Below are positions 49,280-59,466 of a DNA stretch of 64,000 nucleotides, one piece after another. Every line of letters begins with the position of its first letter. Positions within the stretch are counted from its first letter, which is position 1. This stretch comes from Patescibacteria group bacterium UBA924 (lineage in GTDB: Bacteria; Patescibacteriota; Microgenomatia; UBA1400; PJMF01): the NCBI GenBank assembly GCA_002293725.1, contig DBDU01000021.1, positions 3,369 to 67,368 of the forward strand, given 5' to 3'. A program made the translations under genes and the position numbers. The notes below the pieces were generated by a model, which saw nothing but the letters and a program-made list of their open reading frames with translations, had not been told where the DNA came from and searched no databases.

Positions 49280-52249
49280 ATGCTCAAGTTTTTGACTAAA
49301 ATTTTCGACGAAAATAGCCGTAAGATTGACCAATACCAGAAGGTCGTTCAGCAGATTAACTCCCATGAAGCTTCTTTACAAAAGCTGAGCGATGCCGATC
49401 TGGCTGAACAGACCAGTAAGTTCAAGACCATCATTGCCAACAAAGTCAGTAGTTTAGAAGAAGGTAGTGCCGAACGAGCTGCTGCCGAGAAAGCAGTTCT
49501 CAATGAGCTTCTCCCTGAAGTTTTCGCTACTGTTCGTGAAGTCTCGCGACGTGTTTTAGGGATGCGTCACTTTGACGTTCAACTACTGGCCGGTATTGCA
49601 CTTCATAATGGCACTGTCACAGAGCAGAAGACAGGTGAAGGCAAAACGCTGACCGTTACCGCTCCTTTGTACTTAAACGCCCTTTTAGGTCGTGGCGCTC
49701 ACTTAGTCACCGTCAATGATTACCTGGCTGAAGTCGGTGTAGGTTGGATGGGACCAATCTATCACTTTTTAGGCATGAAAGTGGCCGTTATTGTTCACGA
49801 CAAAGCAAAGCTTTTTAACCCTGACATTGACAGCGAAGAACGCGGAGATGAGCGCTTGGAACACTTCCAAGAAATTCCCCGCAAAGAGGCATATGCCGCT
49901 GACATCACTTACGGTACCAATAACGAGTTCGGCTTTGACTACTTGCGAGACAACATGGTTCAAAATCTGAACCAGATGGTCCAACGAACTAAAGACTCAC
50001 ACTTTTTCGCCATTGTCGACGAAGCTGACTCCATCTTAATTGACGAGGCCCGTACACCTTTAATCATCTCCGCACCAGATACTGAGCCGACCAAAAAATA
50101 CTACGACTACGCCAAAATGATCTCGAGCTTAGTGAAAGATATCGACTTTAAAGTGGATGAGAAAGTAAAGTCTGTCACCTTGACTGATCTGGGTGTTAAA
50201 CGCATTGAGCAGAAGTTGAATGTGAACAACTTATACGAAGAGAGCTTTGACGTTATTCATCATGTCGAAGCAGCGCTGAAAGCGAAGACTCTTTATCATC
50301 GTGACAAAGAGTACATCGTGCGCGAGAACGAAGTCATCATCGTCGATGAACATACCGGTCGTTTGATGTACGGTCGTCGCTACTCTGATGGTCTCCACCA
50401 AGCTATTGAAGCCAAGGAGAATGTCCCTATTCAACAAGAGTCACGCACCTTGGCGACTATCTCATTGCAAAACTACTTCCGCATGTACGTCAAGTTATCT
50501 GGTATGTCGGGAACCGCCGTAACTGAAGCAGAAGAGTTCCGCAAAATTTATGAGATGGATGTCTTACCCATTCCAACGAATGTTGCCCAAGTTCGTGTGG
50601 ACAAACCCGATGTGGTTTATAAAACGGCAGCTGCCAAGTACAGCGCTATCGTCAGGGAAGTAGAAGAGATTCACCAAACTAAACGCCCAATCTTAATTGG
50701 TACGCGTTCGATCGAGCACAATGAGATCATCTCTCGTTTCTTAAAACGCAAAGGCATCCCACACCAAGTCCTAAACGCGAAAAACAACGAAAAAGAAGCA
50801 TTTATCATTGCCGATGCTGGTAAAGAGGGCAGTATCACTGTAGCCACAAACATTGCCGGTCGTGGTGTCGACATCGTTTTAGGCGGCGCCAAGCCGGAGC
50901 TGAAGGAGTTCCGTAAGGAGAAGAAAGGTCAGTACGACCGCAAAGGGTACGACAAAGCCGTAGCTGCCTGGCAAAAAGCTCATGATCAAGTTGTTGCTCT
51001 CGGTGGACTGCATATCATTGGTTCTGAGCGTCATGAGTCTCGTCGTATCGACAATCAGCTGCGTGGTCGTGCGGGCCGTCAAGGTGACCCAGGTTCGACA
51101 CAGTTCTTCGTCGCTTTAGAAGACGAGATTATGCGGCTGTTCGGTGGTGCGCAAATCGCCAAGTTGATGGACTTCTTAAAGATGGAAGAAGACCAAGCCA
51201 TTGAACACGGCATGATTGGCAACGCCATTCAGTCTGCCCAGGTGAAAGTGGAAGGCTTCTTCTTTGACCAACGCAAACGACTGGTTGAGTTTGATGACGT
51301 CATGAATAAACAGCGGGAAGTTATCTATAAACGTCGCCGCCGCGTTTTAGAAGTCGGGCAAGCAGCAATCGAGACCGCTCAACAAGCTCCAACCAAAAAG
51401 AAAAAAGCAGACGATGATATTGACCTGACGCTAAAACCAGAAGTACTCAACTACATTGATCGTGAAGTAGAAGCAACCGTGGCTGCTCGAGCGGCTGACT
51501 CTTTTGATGACGTCGAGATCGATGCCATCACTAAAGAGTTCACCAAGATCATACCTTTTGATGACAACTCCCAACTTGAGCTCAAAAAGACACTCTCGGA
51601 GACGGTCACCAAGAACCCCCAGCAAGCCTCAAGCTTAATCATCGAAAGATTAGTAGAGATTGCTCATCAAACTTATCAAACTCGCGAAGAAGTGGTCAGT
51701 ACTCCAGCCATGCGTCAAATTGAACAGTTTGTCATTTTGACTACCATTGATGAAAAATGGATGGATCACCTTGACGAGATGGACAACTTACGCGATGGAA
51801 TCTGGTTGCGAGGCGATAAAACCACTGTTCTCAGCGAGTACAAAAAAGAGTCGTTCAGTATGTTTGAGAAGTTGATTGGGAGCATTGAGGCAACGATCGC
51901 CAACCGCGTCTTCCGCGTCCATGTACACAATCAAAATCCGTTGACTCCCGCCCCAGCGCAAATGATTGCCCAAAAGGCAGAAGCCTTGGCAGCTCCGTTA
52001 GCTGATGTGGTTGAAGAAACTCAAAAAGTAGAGAAAAAAGCAGCTCCTTCTAAAACCAAAGGCTCCGTTTCTGATCTGGCTGCCGCCATGGCAGGTGCCA
52101 AAGCAGTCAAGAAACCAACTCCTGGCGTTGCCCAGTCAAAGATCGGCCGAAACGATCCTTGCCCTTGTGGCTCAGGTCTGAAGTTTAAGAAATGCGGCAT
52201 GATCAACTCACCTGAGCATCAACGCTGGATGGGGAAACGAGCAGCTTAG
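49280..52249 (+). CDS. secA: Preprotein translocase ATPase SecA.
   Basis: Full-length alignment by eye to E. coli SecA (MRHFDVQLLGG..., DEADSILIDEARTPLIIS, RIDNQLRGRAGRQGDPG) and a C-terminal zinc finger (CPCGSGLKFKKCG). Confidence 0.95.
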   Translation: MLKFLTKIFDENSRKIDQYQKVVQQINSHEASLQKLSDADLAEQTSKFKTIIANKVSSLEEGSAERAAAEKAVLNELLPEVFATVREVSRRVLGMRHFDVQLLAGIALHNGTVTEQKTGEGKTLTVTAPLYLNALLGRGAHLVTVNDYLAEVGVGWMGPIYHFLGMKVAVIVHDKAKLFNPDIDSEERGDERLEHFQEIPRKEAYAADITYGTNNEFGFDYLRDNMVQNLNQMVQRTKDSHFFAIVDEADSILIDEARTPLIISAPDTEPTKKYYDYAKMISSLVKDIDFKVDEKVKSVTLTDLGVKRIEQKLNVNNLYEESFDVIHHVEAALKAKTLYHRDKEYIVRENEVIIVDEHTGRLMYGRRYSDGLHQAIEAKENVPIQQESRTLATISLQNYFRMYVKLSGMSGTAVTEAEEFRKIYEMDVLPIPTNVAQVRVDKPDVVYKTAAAKYSAIVREVEEIHQTKRPILIGTRSIEHNEIISRFLKRKGIPHQVLNAKNNEKEAFIIADAGKEGSITVATNIAGRGVDIVLGGAKPELKEFRKEKKGQYDRKGYDKAVAAWQKAHDQVVALGGLHIIGSERHESRRIDNQLRGRAGRQGDPGSTQFFVALEDEIMRLFGGAQIAKLMDFLKMEEDQAIEHGMIGNAIQSAQVKVEGFFFDQRKRLVEFDDVMNKQREVIYKRRRRVLEVGQAAIETAQQAPTKKKKADDDIDLTLKPEVLNYIDREVEATVAARAADSFDDVEIDAITKEFTKIIPFDDNSQLELKKTLSETVTKNPQQASSLIIERLVEIAHQTYQTREEVVSTPAMRQIEQFVILTTIDEKWMDHLDEMDNLRDGIWLRGDKTTVLSEYKKESFSMFEKLIGSIEATIANRVFRVHVHNQNPLTPAPAQMIAQKAEALAAPLADVVEETQKVEKKAAPSKTKGSVSDLAAAMAGAKAVKKPTPGVAQSKIGRNDPCPCGSGLKFKKCGMINSPEHQRWMGKRAA

Positions 52250-53478
52250 CTTTCGTGTGAGTGGAAGTAGGACTCGCTAAGCTGTGCTATGTTTGGTTGT
52301 AGCGAAGTCAGGTGTGACGTTGTAACTCCCCCCAAAAGCTCAAGAACAGCTACTGCCACTTGGGCAGCCGACAGTCGACTGGCAATTGGCGTCTGTGACC
52401 AGAAAGGCATAACTCCTTCACAGTTGAGTAAAAACTGCAGCGTATGCTCAGCGGGCAGAGACTCTTTGACCATCAGATAAGCCAAGCGTTGCACTTCGTA
52501 GCGAGATAAAGGCAAAGAATGCTGTGCCTTTTCTAGCAGTGACCTTTCTGAGCCAGTCCACGTTCGACCAAACGGTCGTTCAACCTTTCCTTTCTCATTT
52601 GTTTGAACTACTTTCACAACTGGTTCAGTTCCTAAGTCAGCCACAAAGATTAAGGGAATATCAGGAAAGTTGGATAAAACTGTTGTGTGAATAATGCTCT
52701 TCATGCGAATGTCATCGATGACCTCAATAATTATGTCGGCATCACGAATAAACTCAGTAGCCACCACTTGATTGGCACGTTGTTTTTCATCTTGATGAGT
52801 TACCACTCTGCCAATGAGGCAGTCAAACTTTCCGTAGGGATGTCTTTGCCTAAGACGTTCAGCAAGAAGCATTACCTTCGGTTGACCCAGTTGAAAAACA
52901 GTCGCCATAGGCAAACGAGGCAAGTTACTCGGATCGACTACGCCATCATCAATGCAACGAATATGTGCACAACCGAGGTCGGCAAGTAGCTCAATGGACG
53001 ACGCGGCCACACTTGCGCCAAATACACAGATCTTGGTCTGGCGTAATCGACACAGTGTTTCCAATCTTATCAGTCCTAAGCACCTAGAAACGCAAAGCAC
53101 CCAGTGCAGTTCTACTCCAATGTATAAGTACTGTGTAGTCTTCGCTTCATTCCAAAGCCAGTTGGCATCACTAGCTACCTGCTCAGGATCAGAGAAGGTA
53201 AGACAGTGCTGGGCAAACCACTCCAGATCCTGTTGCTGTTCCGTCTCTTGAACTAGCGCTGCCAATTGAGGTTCAAGCTGACCAAGAGAACCAGCTAAGA
53301 TTGCTTGTGACATCTGGCGAAGCTGCTCAAGCTCTTTGAGTGCCGTCCAAAAAGGGAGCACCGACTGTTCGGCAGTATCATTTTTGAACCTGTCTGCAGA
53401 GTATTTTTCAGCGATCAACTGCTCAATTTGTACCAGATACTCACTTTTCATTGTTGTTCCCTCCAGAAATAGTATCAA
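52246..53478 (-). CDS. ThiF/MoeB/E1-like adenylyltransferase-family protein, divergent, with a roughly 130-aa N-terminal extension.
   Basis: The Rossmann region (ICVFGASVAASSIELLADLGCAHIRCIDDGVVDPSNLPR...GQPKV) matches the ThiF pattern (G.G..G....L...G.....L.D.D.V..SNL.RQ...G..K) but has a degenerate glycine motif (GASVAAS) and NLPRL in place of NLNRQ. No CxxC zinc motif. Confidence 0.5.
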   Translation of the reverse strand: MILFLEGTTMKSEYLVQIEQLIAEKYSADRFKNDTAEQSVLPFWTALKELEQLRQMSQAILAGSLGQLEPQLAALVQETEQQQDLEWFAQHCLTFSDPEQVASDANWLWNEAKTTQYLYIGVELHWVLCVSRCLGLIRLETLCRLRQTKICVFGASVAASSIELLADLGCAHIRCIDDGVVDPSNLPRLPMATVFQLGQPKVMLLAERLRQRHPYGKFDCLIGRVVTHQDEKQRANQVVATEFIRDADIIIEVIDDIRMKSIIHTTVLSNFPDIPLIFVADLGTEPVVKVVQTNEKGKVERPFGRTWTGSERSLLEKAQHSLPLSRYEVQRLAYLMVKESLPAEHTLQFLLNCEGVMPFWSQTPIASRLSAAQVAVAVLELLGGVTTSHLTSLQPNIAQLSESYFHSHES

Positions 53479-53528
53479 ACTACCTCAATGCGTACCCAAT
53501 ATGTGAGAAAATCGCGTACAATACAACT

Positions 53529-54299
53529 ATGTCGTCCGACGTGAAGTCCGCCACGAAATCTCCTAAGCTCCATGCTGCCTTAGCCCAAGCGGGCTTTGCT
53601 TCGCGTCGTAAAGCTGAGGCTTTGATTGCCGAAGGCAAAGTGACCGTAAATGGTGAAAAAGCGCACATTGGCCAGCGAATTAACCCAGAGACAGATCAAG
53701 TGAAAGTAGACGGGAAGCTCGTTCCGCTCCAGACCGCTCAACCGTACGTCATCTTACTCAATAAACCAGTCGGCATTATCTCCACTACTCAAGATGAGTT
53801 AGGTCGGCAAACCGTAGTTGAGTATCTCCATCAAGAAGTCGCCAAAACTAATCCTGAACTTGCTCGCATACTGGAAACGCTTCGTCTTTATCCTGTCGGC
53901 CGTCTTGATTTAGAAAGTGCCGGGCTAATGATTATGACTAACGATGGCACACTGACCCAAAAGTACACCCATCCATCCTTTGAGTCTCTGAAAACCTATG
54001 AAGTAGTAATCGAGGGTCGCCCCTCTTTTCGCGCCCTCAATCACCTCGAACGTGGGGTACGGCTCAAGGAAGGTTATACGGCTCCAGCTGAAGTCAATGT
54101 AGTTCAAACGGGCGACCAAGAAAGTACGATTGAGATCACCATCCACGAGGGTCGTCATCAACAAGTCCGCCGAATGTGTGAGCGCGTTGGTTACCCAGTT
54201 ATTCACTTGACCCGAACTAAAATGGGAGAGTACAGTCTTGACGACTTAGACGAGCAATCCTATAAGCTTGTCCAACCAGCATCTGATGGAGTAGCATAA
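53529..54299 (+). CDS. rRNA pseudouridine synthase (RsuA/RluB family).
   Basis: S4 domain (LAQAGFASRRKAEALIAEGKVTVNG) and the catalytic motif (GRLDLESAGLMIMTNDG). Internal ATG at 53529 chosen as start. Confidence 0.8.
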   Translation: MSSDVKSATKSPKLHAALAQAGFASRRKAEALIAEGKVTVNGEKAHIGQRINPETDQVKVDGKLVPLQTAQPYVILLNKPVGIISTTQDELGRQTVVEYLHQEVAKTNPELARILETLRLYPVGRLDLESAGLMIMTNDGTLTQKYTHPSFESLKTYEVVIEGRPSFRALNHLERGVRLKEGYTAPAEVNVVQTGDQESTIEITIHEGRHQQVRRMCERVGYPVIHLTRTKMGEYSLDDLDEQSYKLVQPASDGVA

Positions 54300-54304
54300 A
54301 GCAG

Positions 54305-55222
54305 ATGAAAATTATCTCCGGCACCTCAAACTTACAACTGGCTGAAGGCATTGCCAAGGGCTTTGGAACTAACTTGGTTGATGTCGACATTAGTACCTTT
54401 GCCAATGGAGAAAAACGTATTTGGGTGAAAGAGTCAGTTCGGGGCGAAAAAATTGCGTTGGTTCAGTCTCTGTCACATCCCACCGATGAACACGTCATTG
54501 AGTTGCTCCTGCTCGTAGATGCTTTGGAGCGATTGGGCGCTCGGCATATTAACGTCATCATGCCGTGGATGGGCTACTCACTCCAAGATAAGGTCTTCCG
54601 TGAGGGTGAGCCTATTGCTGCCAAAGTCGTGGCCAACTTGGTTTCTAACTCATACGTTACTCGCGCCTTTTTACTAGATTTACACAACAGTAGTACCCCA
54701 GGCTTCTTCTCGATTCCGACTCACCATCTCTCAGCTATAGAGCTCTTTGTCAGTTACGTCCAGTCGCACCTAAGTAAAGCAAACGTTATTGTGGCCAGTC
54801 CAGATTTTGGTGGCCTGAAACGAGCTCGTGTTTTTGCCGAAAAAATTGGTTCTGAGCTCGTCAATGTCGATAAACATCGTGATCTTGCCACTGGCAAGAC
54901 TCAAGCCATCGACGTCAGTGGTGACGTTAATGGTAAAATCGTGGTCGTGTTTGACGACGTTATTAACTCTGGTGGCACCGTAATCAACACTGCTGAGCTG
55001 CTCAAAGCTCGCGGTGCGGCTGAAGTGCACTTTTTTGCTACTCATGGACTGTTTGCCGACAATGGTAAAGCCAAGATCGAAGCATCTGTGATCGATAGCG
55101 TCATCGTCACCAACTCTGTCCCCACCATGCCGTCAGGGGAAACTCCTGACACTTCTTCTAAAATTCACTATCTTGATAGTAGCCAACTCTTTGTTGATGC
55201 CCTACGCCCGTGGTTAGAGTAA
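54305..55222 (+). CDS. prs: Ribose-phosphate pyrophosphokinase.
   Basis: N-terminus (MKIISGTSNLQLAEGIAK) and PRPP-binding loop (VVFDDVINSGGTV). 305 aa. Confidence 0.9.
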   Translation: MKIISGTSNLQLAEGIAKGFGTNLVDVDISTFANGEKRIWVKESVRGEKIALVQSLSHPTDEHVIELLLLVDALERLGARHINVIMPWMGYSLQDKVFREGEPIAAKVVANLVSNSYVTRAFLLDLHNSSTPGFFSIPTHHLSAIELFVSYVQSHLSKANVIVASPDFGGLKRARVFAEKIGSELVNVDKHRDLATGKTQAIDVSGDVNGKIVVVFDDVINSGGTVINTAELLKARGAAEVHFFATHGLFADNGKAKIEASVIDSVIVTNSVPTMPSGETPDTSSKIHYLDSSQLFVDALRPWLE

Positions 55223-55306
55223 CGAGGGAGATACTCCAACCAACTCAGTACCTACTATCAAGTCAACACTTTCTTCCTATCTAAGCAAGTTACAAACGAA
55301 AGATCT

Positions 55307-57016
55307 ATGAAATACTCTAAAAATCCATTTAAAACAGTCAAGACTGTGAGTAGTGAGCTCGTCTCTAAAAATGCCAAGCTCCTTACCCAGGCTTCGTACA
55401 TTCATCAGGAAGTAGCAGGTGTTTATACTTTTTTGCCTCTCGGCCTGAGAGTGCTAAACAAAATCGAAAAGATCATCCGTGAGGAGATGGATAAAGTCGC
55501 CACGGAAGTCTATATGACTTCGCTCGCACCTCGTAAAATTTGGGAGCAGACTGGTCGTATTGATACGGTGGACGTTTTAATGAAGACAGAAGGGGCCAAC
55601 GCTGCTTCACAAGCCAAGAACAGTACTGGCTATATTCTTAACTCAACTCATGAAGAGATGGTCACGCCACTTGTTCAAGAGTTCGCCCACAGCTACAAAG
55701 ACTTCCCAATTGGGGTGTACCAGATTCAAACTAAGTTCAGAAATGAGCCTCGCGCTAAGACTGGCTTACTCCGTTGTCGCGAGTTTCGGATGAAAGACGC
55801 ATACAGCTTCCATCGTTCCGCCGCTGATCTGCAGAGTTACTACGATCAGATGAAGACCGTCTATATGACTATCTTTGAACGGATGGGGTTAGGCGAGAGT
55901 ACTGTTATGGCTTTAGCATCGGGTGGTGACTTTACGACTGACTACTCCCACGAGTTTCAGACGATCGTCGATGCTGGTGAAGACACTCTTTTCATCGTCA
56001 AGTCAAAGAATCTTTGTTTTAATCGTGAAGTTGCGCCTAGCCAAGCACCTGCGCTCAACGACACCCAGGAAGAACTTAAACCATTAACCGACGTTGAAGG
56101 TGTAGGAATGATCGGCGTTGATGAGCTGGCAAAGTTTTTAAACATCACAGTGGAGAAGACCACCAAGACACTCTTATTTGAAACAGAGAAGGGCGAAGTA
56201 ATCGCTGCCGCAGTTCGAGGTGGATACGATGTAGATGAAGAGAAGTTGAAAAAAATCACCGGCGCGTCTTCACTCAAACTTGCTTCTGCTGAGGTAGTAA
56301 AGAAAGTCACCGGTGCCGAGGTCGGCTATGCTGGTCCACTCAACTTGCCCGATAGCGTTAGAGTGTTTTTTGACGAGTCCACCAGCAACCGCAAAAACTT
56401 CGAGTGTGGCGCAAACAAAACCAACTTTCATACGGTTAACGTCAACTGGGACAGAGACATTCCCATGCCAGAGAAGTTTTATGACTTCAAAGTAGCCAAA
56501 GAAGGTGACCTCTATCCTGAAACAGGCGAAGCCTATCAGGTAGTCAAAGCCTGCGAAGTTGGTAATATCTTCCCTCTGCATACTAAGTTCTCCAAAGCCT
56601 TTGACTTCACGTACTTGGACGAACAAGGGAAACCTCAGACACTGTACATGGGCTGCTATGGGATTGGTCCTTCTCGTTTACTAGGTGTAATTGTCGAGAA
56701 GTATGCTGACGAAAAAGGCTTAGTCTGGCCAAAACACCTTGCGCCATTTACCGTTCACTTGATTGACCTTCAGCAATCTGAGAAAGCACAACAGATTTAC
56801 GATACGCTTCAGTCCGCAGGCATTGAAGTATTTTGGGATGACCGTGATGCGCGAGCTGGTGAGAAGTTTGCAGATGCTGATCTGCTAGGTATTCCTTACC
56901 GGGCAGTTGTCTCCGCCAAAACAGGTGACAAGATTGAGCTCAAAGAAAGAACCGTAAGCGAAACAAAGCTTGTCACTCTTGAAGAGTTGATTGTGCTATG
57001 CCAGCCCCAATCTTAA
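55307..57016 (+). CDS. proS: Prolyl-tRNA synthetase.
   Basis: Class II motifs (FRNEPRAKTGLLRCREFRMKDAYSF), a central insertion/editing-like domain and a C-terminal anticodon-binding domain. 569 aa. Confidence 0.9.
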   Translation: MKYSKNPFKTVKTVSSELVSKNAKLLTQASYIHQEVAGVYTFLPLGLRVLNKIEKIIREEMDKVATEVYMTSLAPRKIWEQTGRIDTVDVLMKTEGANAASQAKNSTGYILNSTHEEMVTPLVQEFAHSYKDFPIGVYQIQTKFRNEPRAKTGLLRCREFRMKDAYSFHRSAADLQSYYDQMKTVYMTIFERMGLGESTVMALASGGDFTTDYSHEFQTIVDAGEDTLFIVKSKNLCFNREVAPSQAPALNDTQEELKPLTDVEGVGMIGVDELAKFLNITVEKTTKTLLFETEKGEVIAAAVRGGYDVDEEKLKKITGASSLKLASAEVVKKVTGAEVGYAGPLNLPDSVRVFFDESTSNRKNFECGANKTNFHTVNVNWDRDIPMPEKFYDFKVAKEGDLYPETGEAYQVVKACEVGNIFPLHTKFSKAFDFTYLDEQGKPQTLYMGCYGIGPSRLLGVIVEKYADEKGLVWPKHLAPFTVHLIDLQQSEKAQQIYDTLQSAGIEVFWDDRDARAGEKFADADLLGIPYRAVVSAKTGDKIELKERTVSETKLVTLEELIVLCQPQS

Positions 57017-57339
57017 CTAAACACGCTAGAGATCGCTTAAAACAACGGTGGATTACCGAAGACACAATTGAGTCAGTGCTCCGTTCGCCAGACCGAACGG
57101 AGCCTGGCTCAACTCCAGGGAGTGTAAAGTTCATTCGTACCATCAACAGCCGACAAATTCATGTAGTCGGTAAGTATCTCGATGATCAAGATCGCTGGTT
57201 AGTAGTATCCGTTTGGGTAAGAGGAGAGGAAGACAGCGTCCCATTCATGTGGCAGCTAATTACCTTGCCCTTTAAGTTACTCTGGAAACTTATCTTGCTG
57301 CTGAGTCCAAAAAAAACTGCGCCCCATTCTGGCAAGTAG
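56998..57339 (+). CDS. DUF4258-like small protein (putative toxin-like fold) with a hydrophobic C-terminal tail.
   Basis: TKHARDRLKQRWITEDTIESVL...IHVVGKYLDDQDRWLVVSVWV resembles the DUF4258 pattern (hAreRm.eRgIseeei...). It overlaps the proS 3' end by 19 nt. Its tail overlaps the convergent acyltransferase gene. Confidence 0.35.
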   Translation: MPAPILTKHARDRLKQRWITEDTIESVLRSPDRTEPGSTPGSVKFIRTINSRQIHVVGKYLDDQDRWLVVSVWVRGEEDSVPFMWQLITLPFKLLWKLILLLSPKKTAPHSGK

Positions 57340-58359
57340 CTCCAGCCCGTAACTCAATGAAGCTGATAAGCAGATAGTGAAGAAGTACACTATCGCAATA
57401 CCTGGCAAACCGAGTGTCGTTGGTTCAATCCCAGCTCCCAAGCGCAGCAGCTCAATTACTGCTGGATGAATAAGGTAAACACCAAAGGTTAAGGCACTCG
57501 CGGTTTTAAGTATTGATGAATGCTTTTCTAAGAATCGTGCCAACCTGGGTGTATTACCAACTGCTTTACCAATTACAAAAACACCTAAGCTCATCGCAAT
57601 CACTGGTAGCCCCTGGTACTCGTACAAGATTAAAGGATGCCCAAAGGAGAGGCGGCCAGCAAAAGACAGCCAAGTTCCGCCTGCAATCACAACCCAAGTC
57701 GCCAAAGCTGTTACTACAGCCATCCGTTTCATCCAAGGCTGCAACTTAACTTTCTTTAGCCATACTCCGGCGAGATAGTAACCGAGATAAGGAACGAAGA
57801 AAGGGAAAAGCAATCGACGCGGCACCCAGAAGAAAGTCACGATCAAGAAGAGAGCTGACAGAACTCCCAATGAGGACACTGAACAGTCCCGAACGACTTT
57901 TCGTAGCCAAGGTGTAAGTAATGCCAACTCCAACAGCAGCCACAAAAAGTAAAGATGCTCATATGGTTGGTCGAAGATAATTCGGCGCAGCGTAAACTCC
58001 AGTGAGAGTGGATCGCTACGAAAAAGATGATAGAAGACCGCGTAAAAAACGGTCCAGAACAGGAGTGGAATGCCAATCCGGACAGCTCTCTTTTCGAAAA
58101 ACTGCGAACGGGACTCAGAGTGGGTTGAGCCAGCAGAGTCTAGTAAGACCGCACCACTAATCATGACAAACACAGGCACACACCAGCGAGCAAAAGCATC
58201 AAGTCCATTTCCTAACCACCAATGCATTAAGGGTACTTGGCCGTAACGGATCACCACCGGTGCACTGACATGTACCAACACCACCGCGGCGGTGGCAACG
58301 ATCCGCAACAAATCTAGATACAAAACGCGGACAGAGGGGCTCACTTCATGATTAGCCAT
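57277..58359 (-). CDS. Acyltransferase family 3 (OatA-like) integral membrane protein.
   Basis: N-terminus YLDLLRIVATAAVVLVHVSAP (acyltransferase_3 signature with conserved His) and about 10 TM helices. Confidence 0.7.
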   Translation of the reverse strand: MANHEVSPSVRVLYLDLLRIVATAAVVLVHVSAPVVIRYGQVPLMHWWLGNGLDAFARWCVPVFVMISGAVLLDSAGSTHSESRSQFFEKRAVRIGIPLLFWTVFYAVFYHLFRSDPLSLEFTLRRIIFDQPYEHLYFLWLLLELALLTPWLRKVVRDCSVSSLGVLSALFLIVTFFWVPRRLLFPFFVPYLGYYLAGVWLKKVKLQPWMKRMAVVTALATWVVIAGGTWLSFAGRLSFGHPLILYEYQGLPVIAMSLGVFVIGKAVGNTPRLARFLEKHSSILKTASALTFGVYLIHPAVIELLRLGAGIEPTTLGLPGIAIVYFFTICLSASLSYGLELLARMGRSFFWTQQQDKFPE

Positions 58360-58583
58360 TTTTTATTTACGCAATTATTGCAAATAATATCAAAGCTTAT
58401 AGTAATAATTTTCTCAATCTGATATTTTGTTATATCGCTCGACATCAATCTATTTTGTCTCTGGGTTTTTTCTGCATCAATTCGTATAGTACTAAACATA
58501 TCCGGTGAGGATACCCACTGCAACTGTCCTAGAAACTTTGTTTTTACGGCTGTTGCGGTGGGTAGGAATGTTATACTTCCCCC

Positions 58584-59456
58584 ATGAACAAGCGCTTGAT
58601 TGTAACTCACCATGCTCCAGATTGTGACGCAATTGGTTCAACTTGGATGCTCAAGCGTTTTGATGCTCAACACTACGCAACTGCTCAAGTTGCTTTTACT
58701 GATCCAGGTACCACCATTCATCCTAGTGAAGCCGAACGACTTGGCTTTCAAATGCACGAGGTCACTCACGTTGATACAGGCTTAGGCGAGTTTGATCACC
58801 ACCAACCCGATCGGGGTCAGCTGCGAATCTGTGCTACTTCACTGGTCTACGACTACGTCTGCAAAATTCACCCAGAACTTAAGAATGACCAAGCTCTACA
58901 AGAGATCGTCAAGTTCGTCACGGACGATGACCACTTTGGTGAAGTTGATTGGCCCGAACCCGACGCACTCCGTTACTCGTTCATGCTGCCTTCACTGTTG
59001 CACGGATTTGAAAGTGTCGATCCCCACAATGATGAGTCTCAGATGCACTTTGGCTTTACTTGTTTTGACTGCGCGTATGCCAGCTTAAAAGAGACAATTC
59101 AAGCTAAAGAAGTAGTAGAGAAAGACGGTCAAACTTTCCAGATCGGCCAGTTAAAGTGCTTGGCGATCGAGAGCAAAAACGACACAGTCATGAAGTACGC
59201 TCAAAAGATGGGTTACAGTCTAGTTGTCCGCAAGGATCCTACATCTGGGGAAGTCCGCATCAAAGCCCGACCAGACTCTTCCGTAGAGCTGAAGCCGCTC
59301 TCAGAAGCCATCCTCAAAGTAGATACCATTGGCACTTGGTACTATCATCCCAGCGGAAAGATGCTGTTGAACGGTTCACGCAAACAACGTCATCAACGTC
59401 CAACTAAATTGAGTTTACAAGAAGTTGTTGCATTAGCTCAGGAACACTTGAGCTAA
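58584..59456 (+). CDS. DHH-family phosphoesterase (NrnA-like nanoRNase/pAp phosphatase).
   Basis: Motif I (HHAPDCDAIGS) and motif III (GEFDHHQ). Confidence 0.6.
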   Translation: MNKRLIVTHHAPDCDAIGSTWMLKRFDAQHYATAQVAFTDPGTTIHPSEAERLGFQMHEVTHVDTGLGEFDHHQPDRGQLRICATSLVYDYVCKIHPELKNDQALQEIVKFVTDDDHFGEVDWPEPDALRYSFMLPSLLHGFESVDPHNDESQMHFGFTCFDCAYASLKETIQAKEVVEKDGQTFQIGQLKCLAIESKNDTVMKYAQKMGYSLVVRKDPTSGEVRIKARPDSSVELKPLSEAILKVDTIGTWYYHPSGKMLLNGSRKQRHQRPTKLSLQEVVALAQEHLS

Positions 59457-59466
59457 GAAGGAGAGT

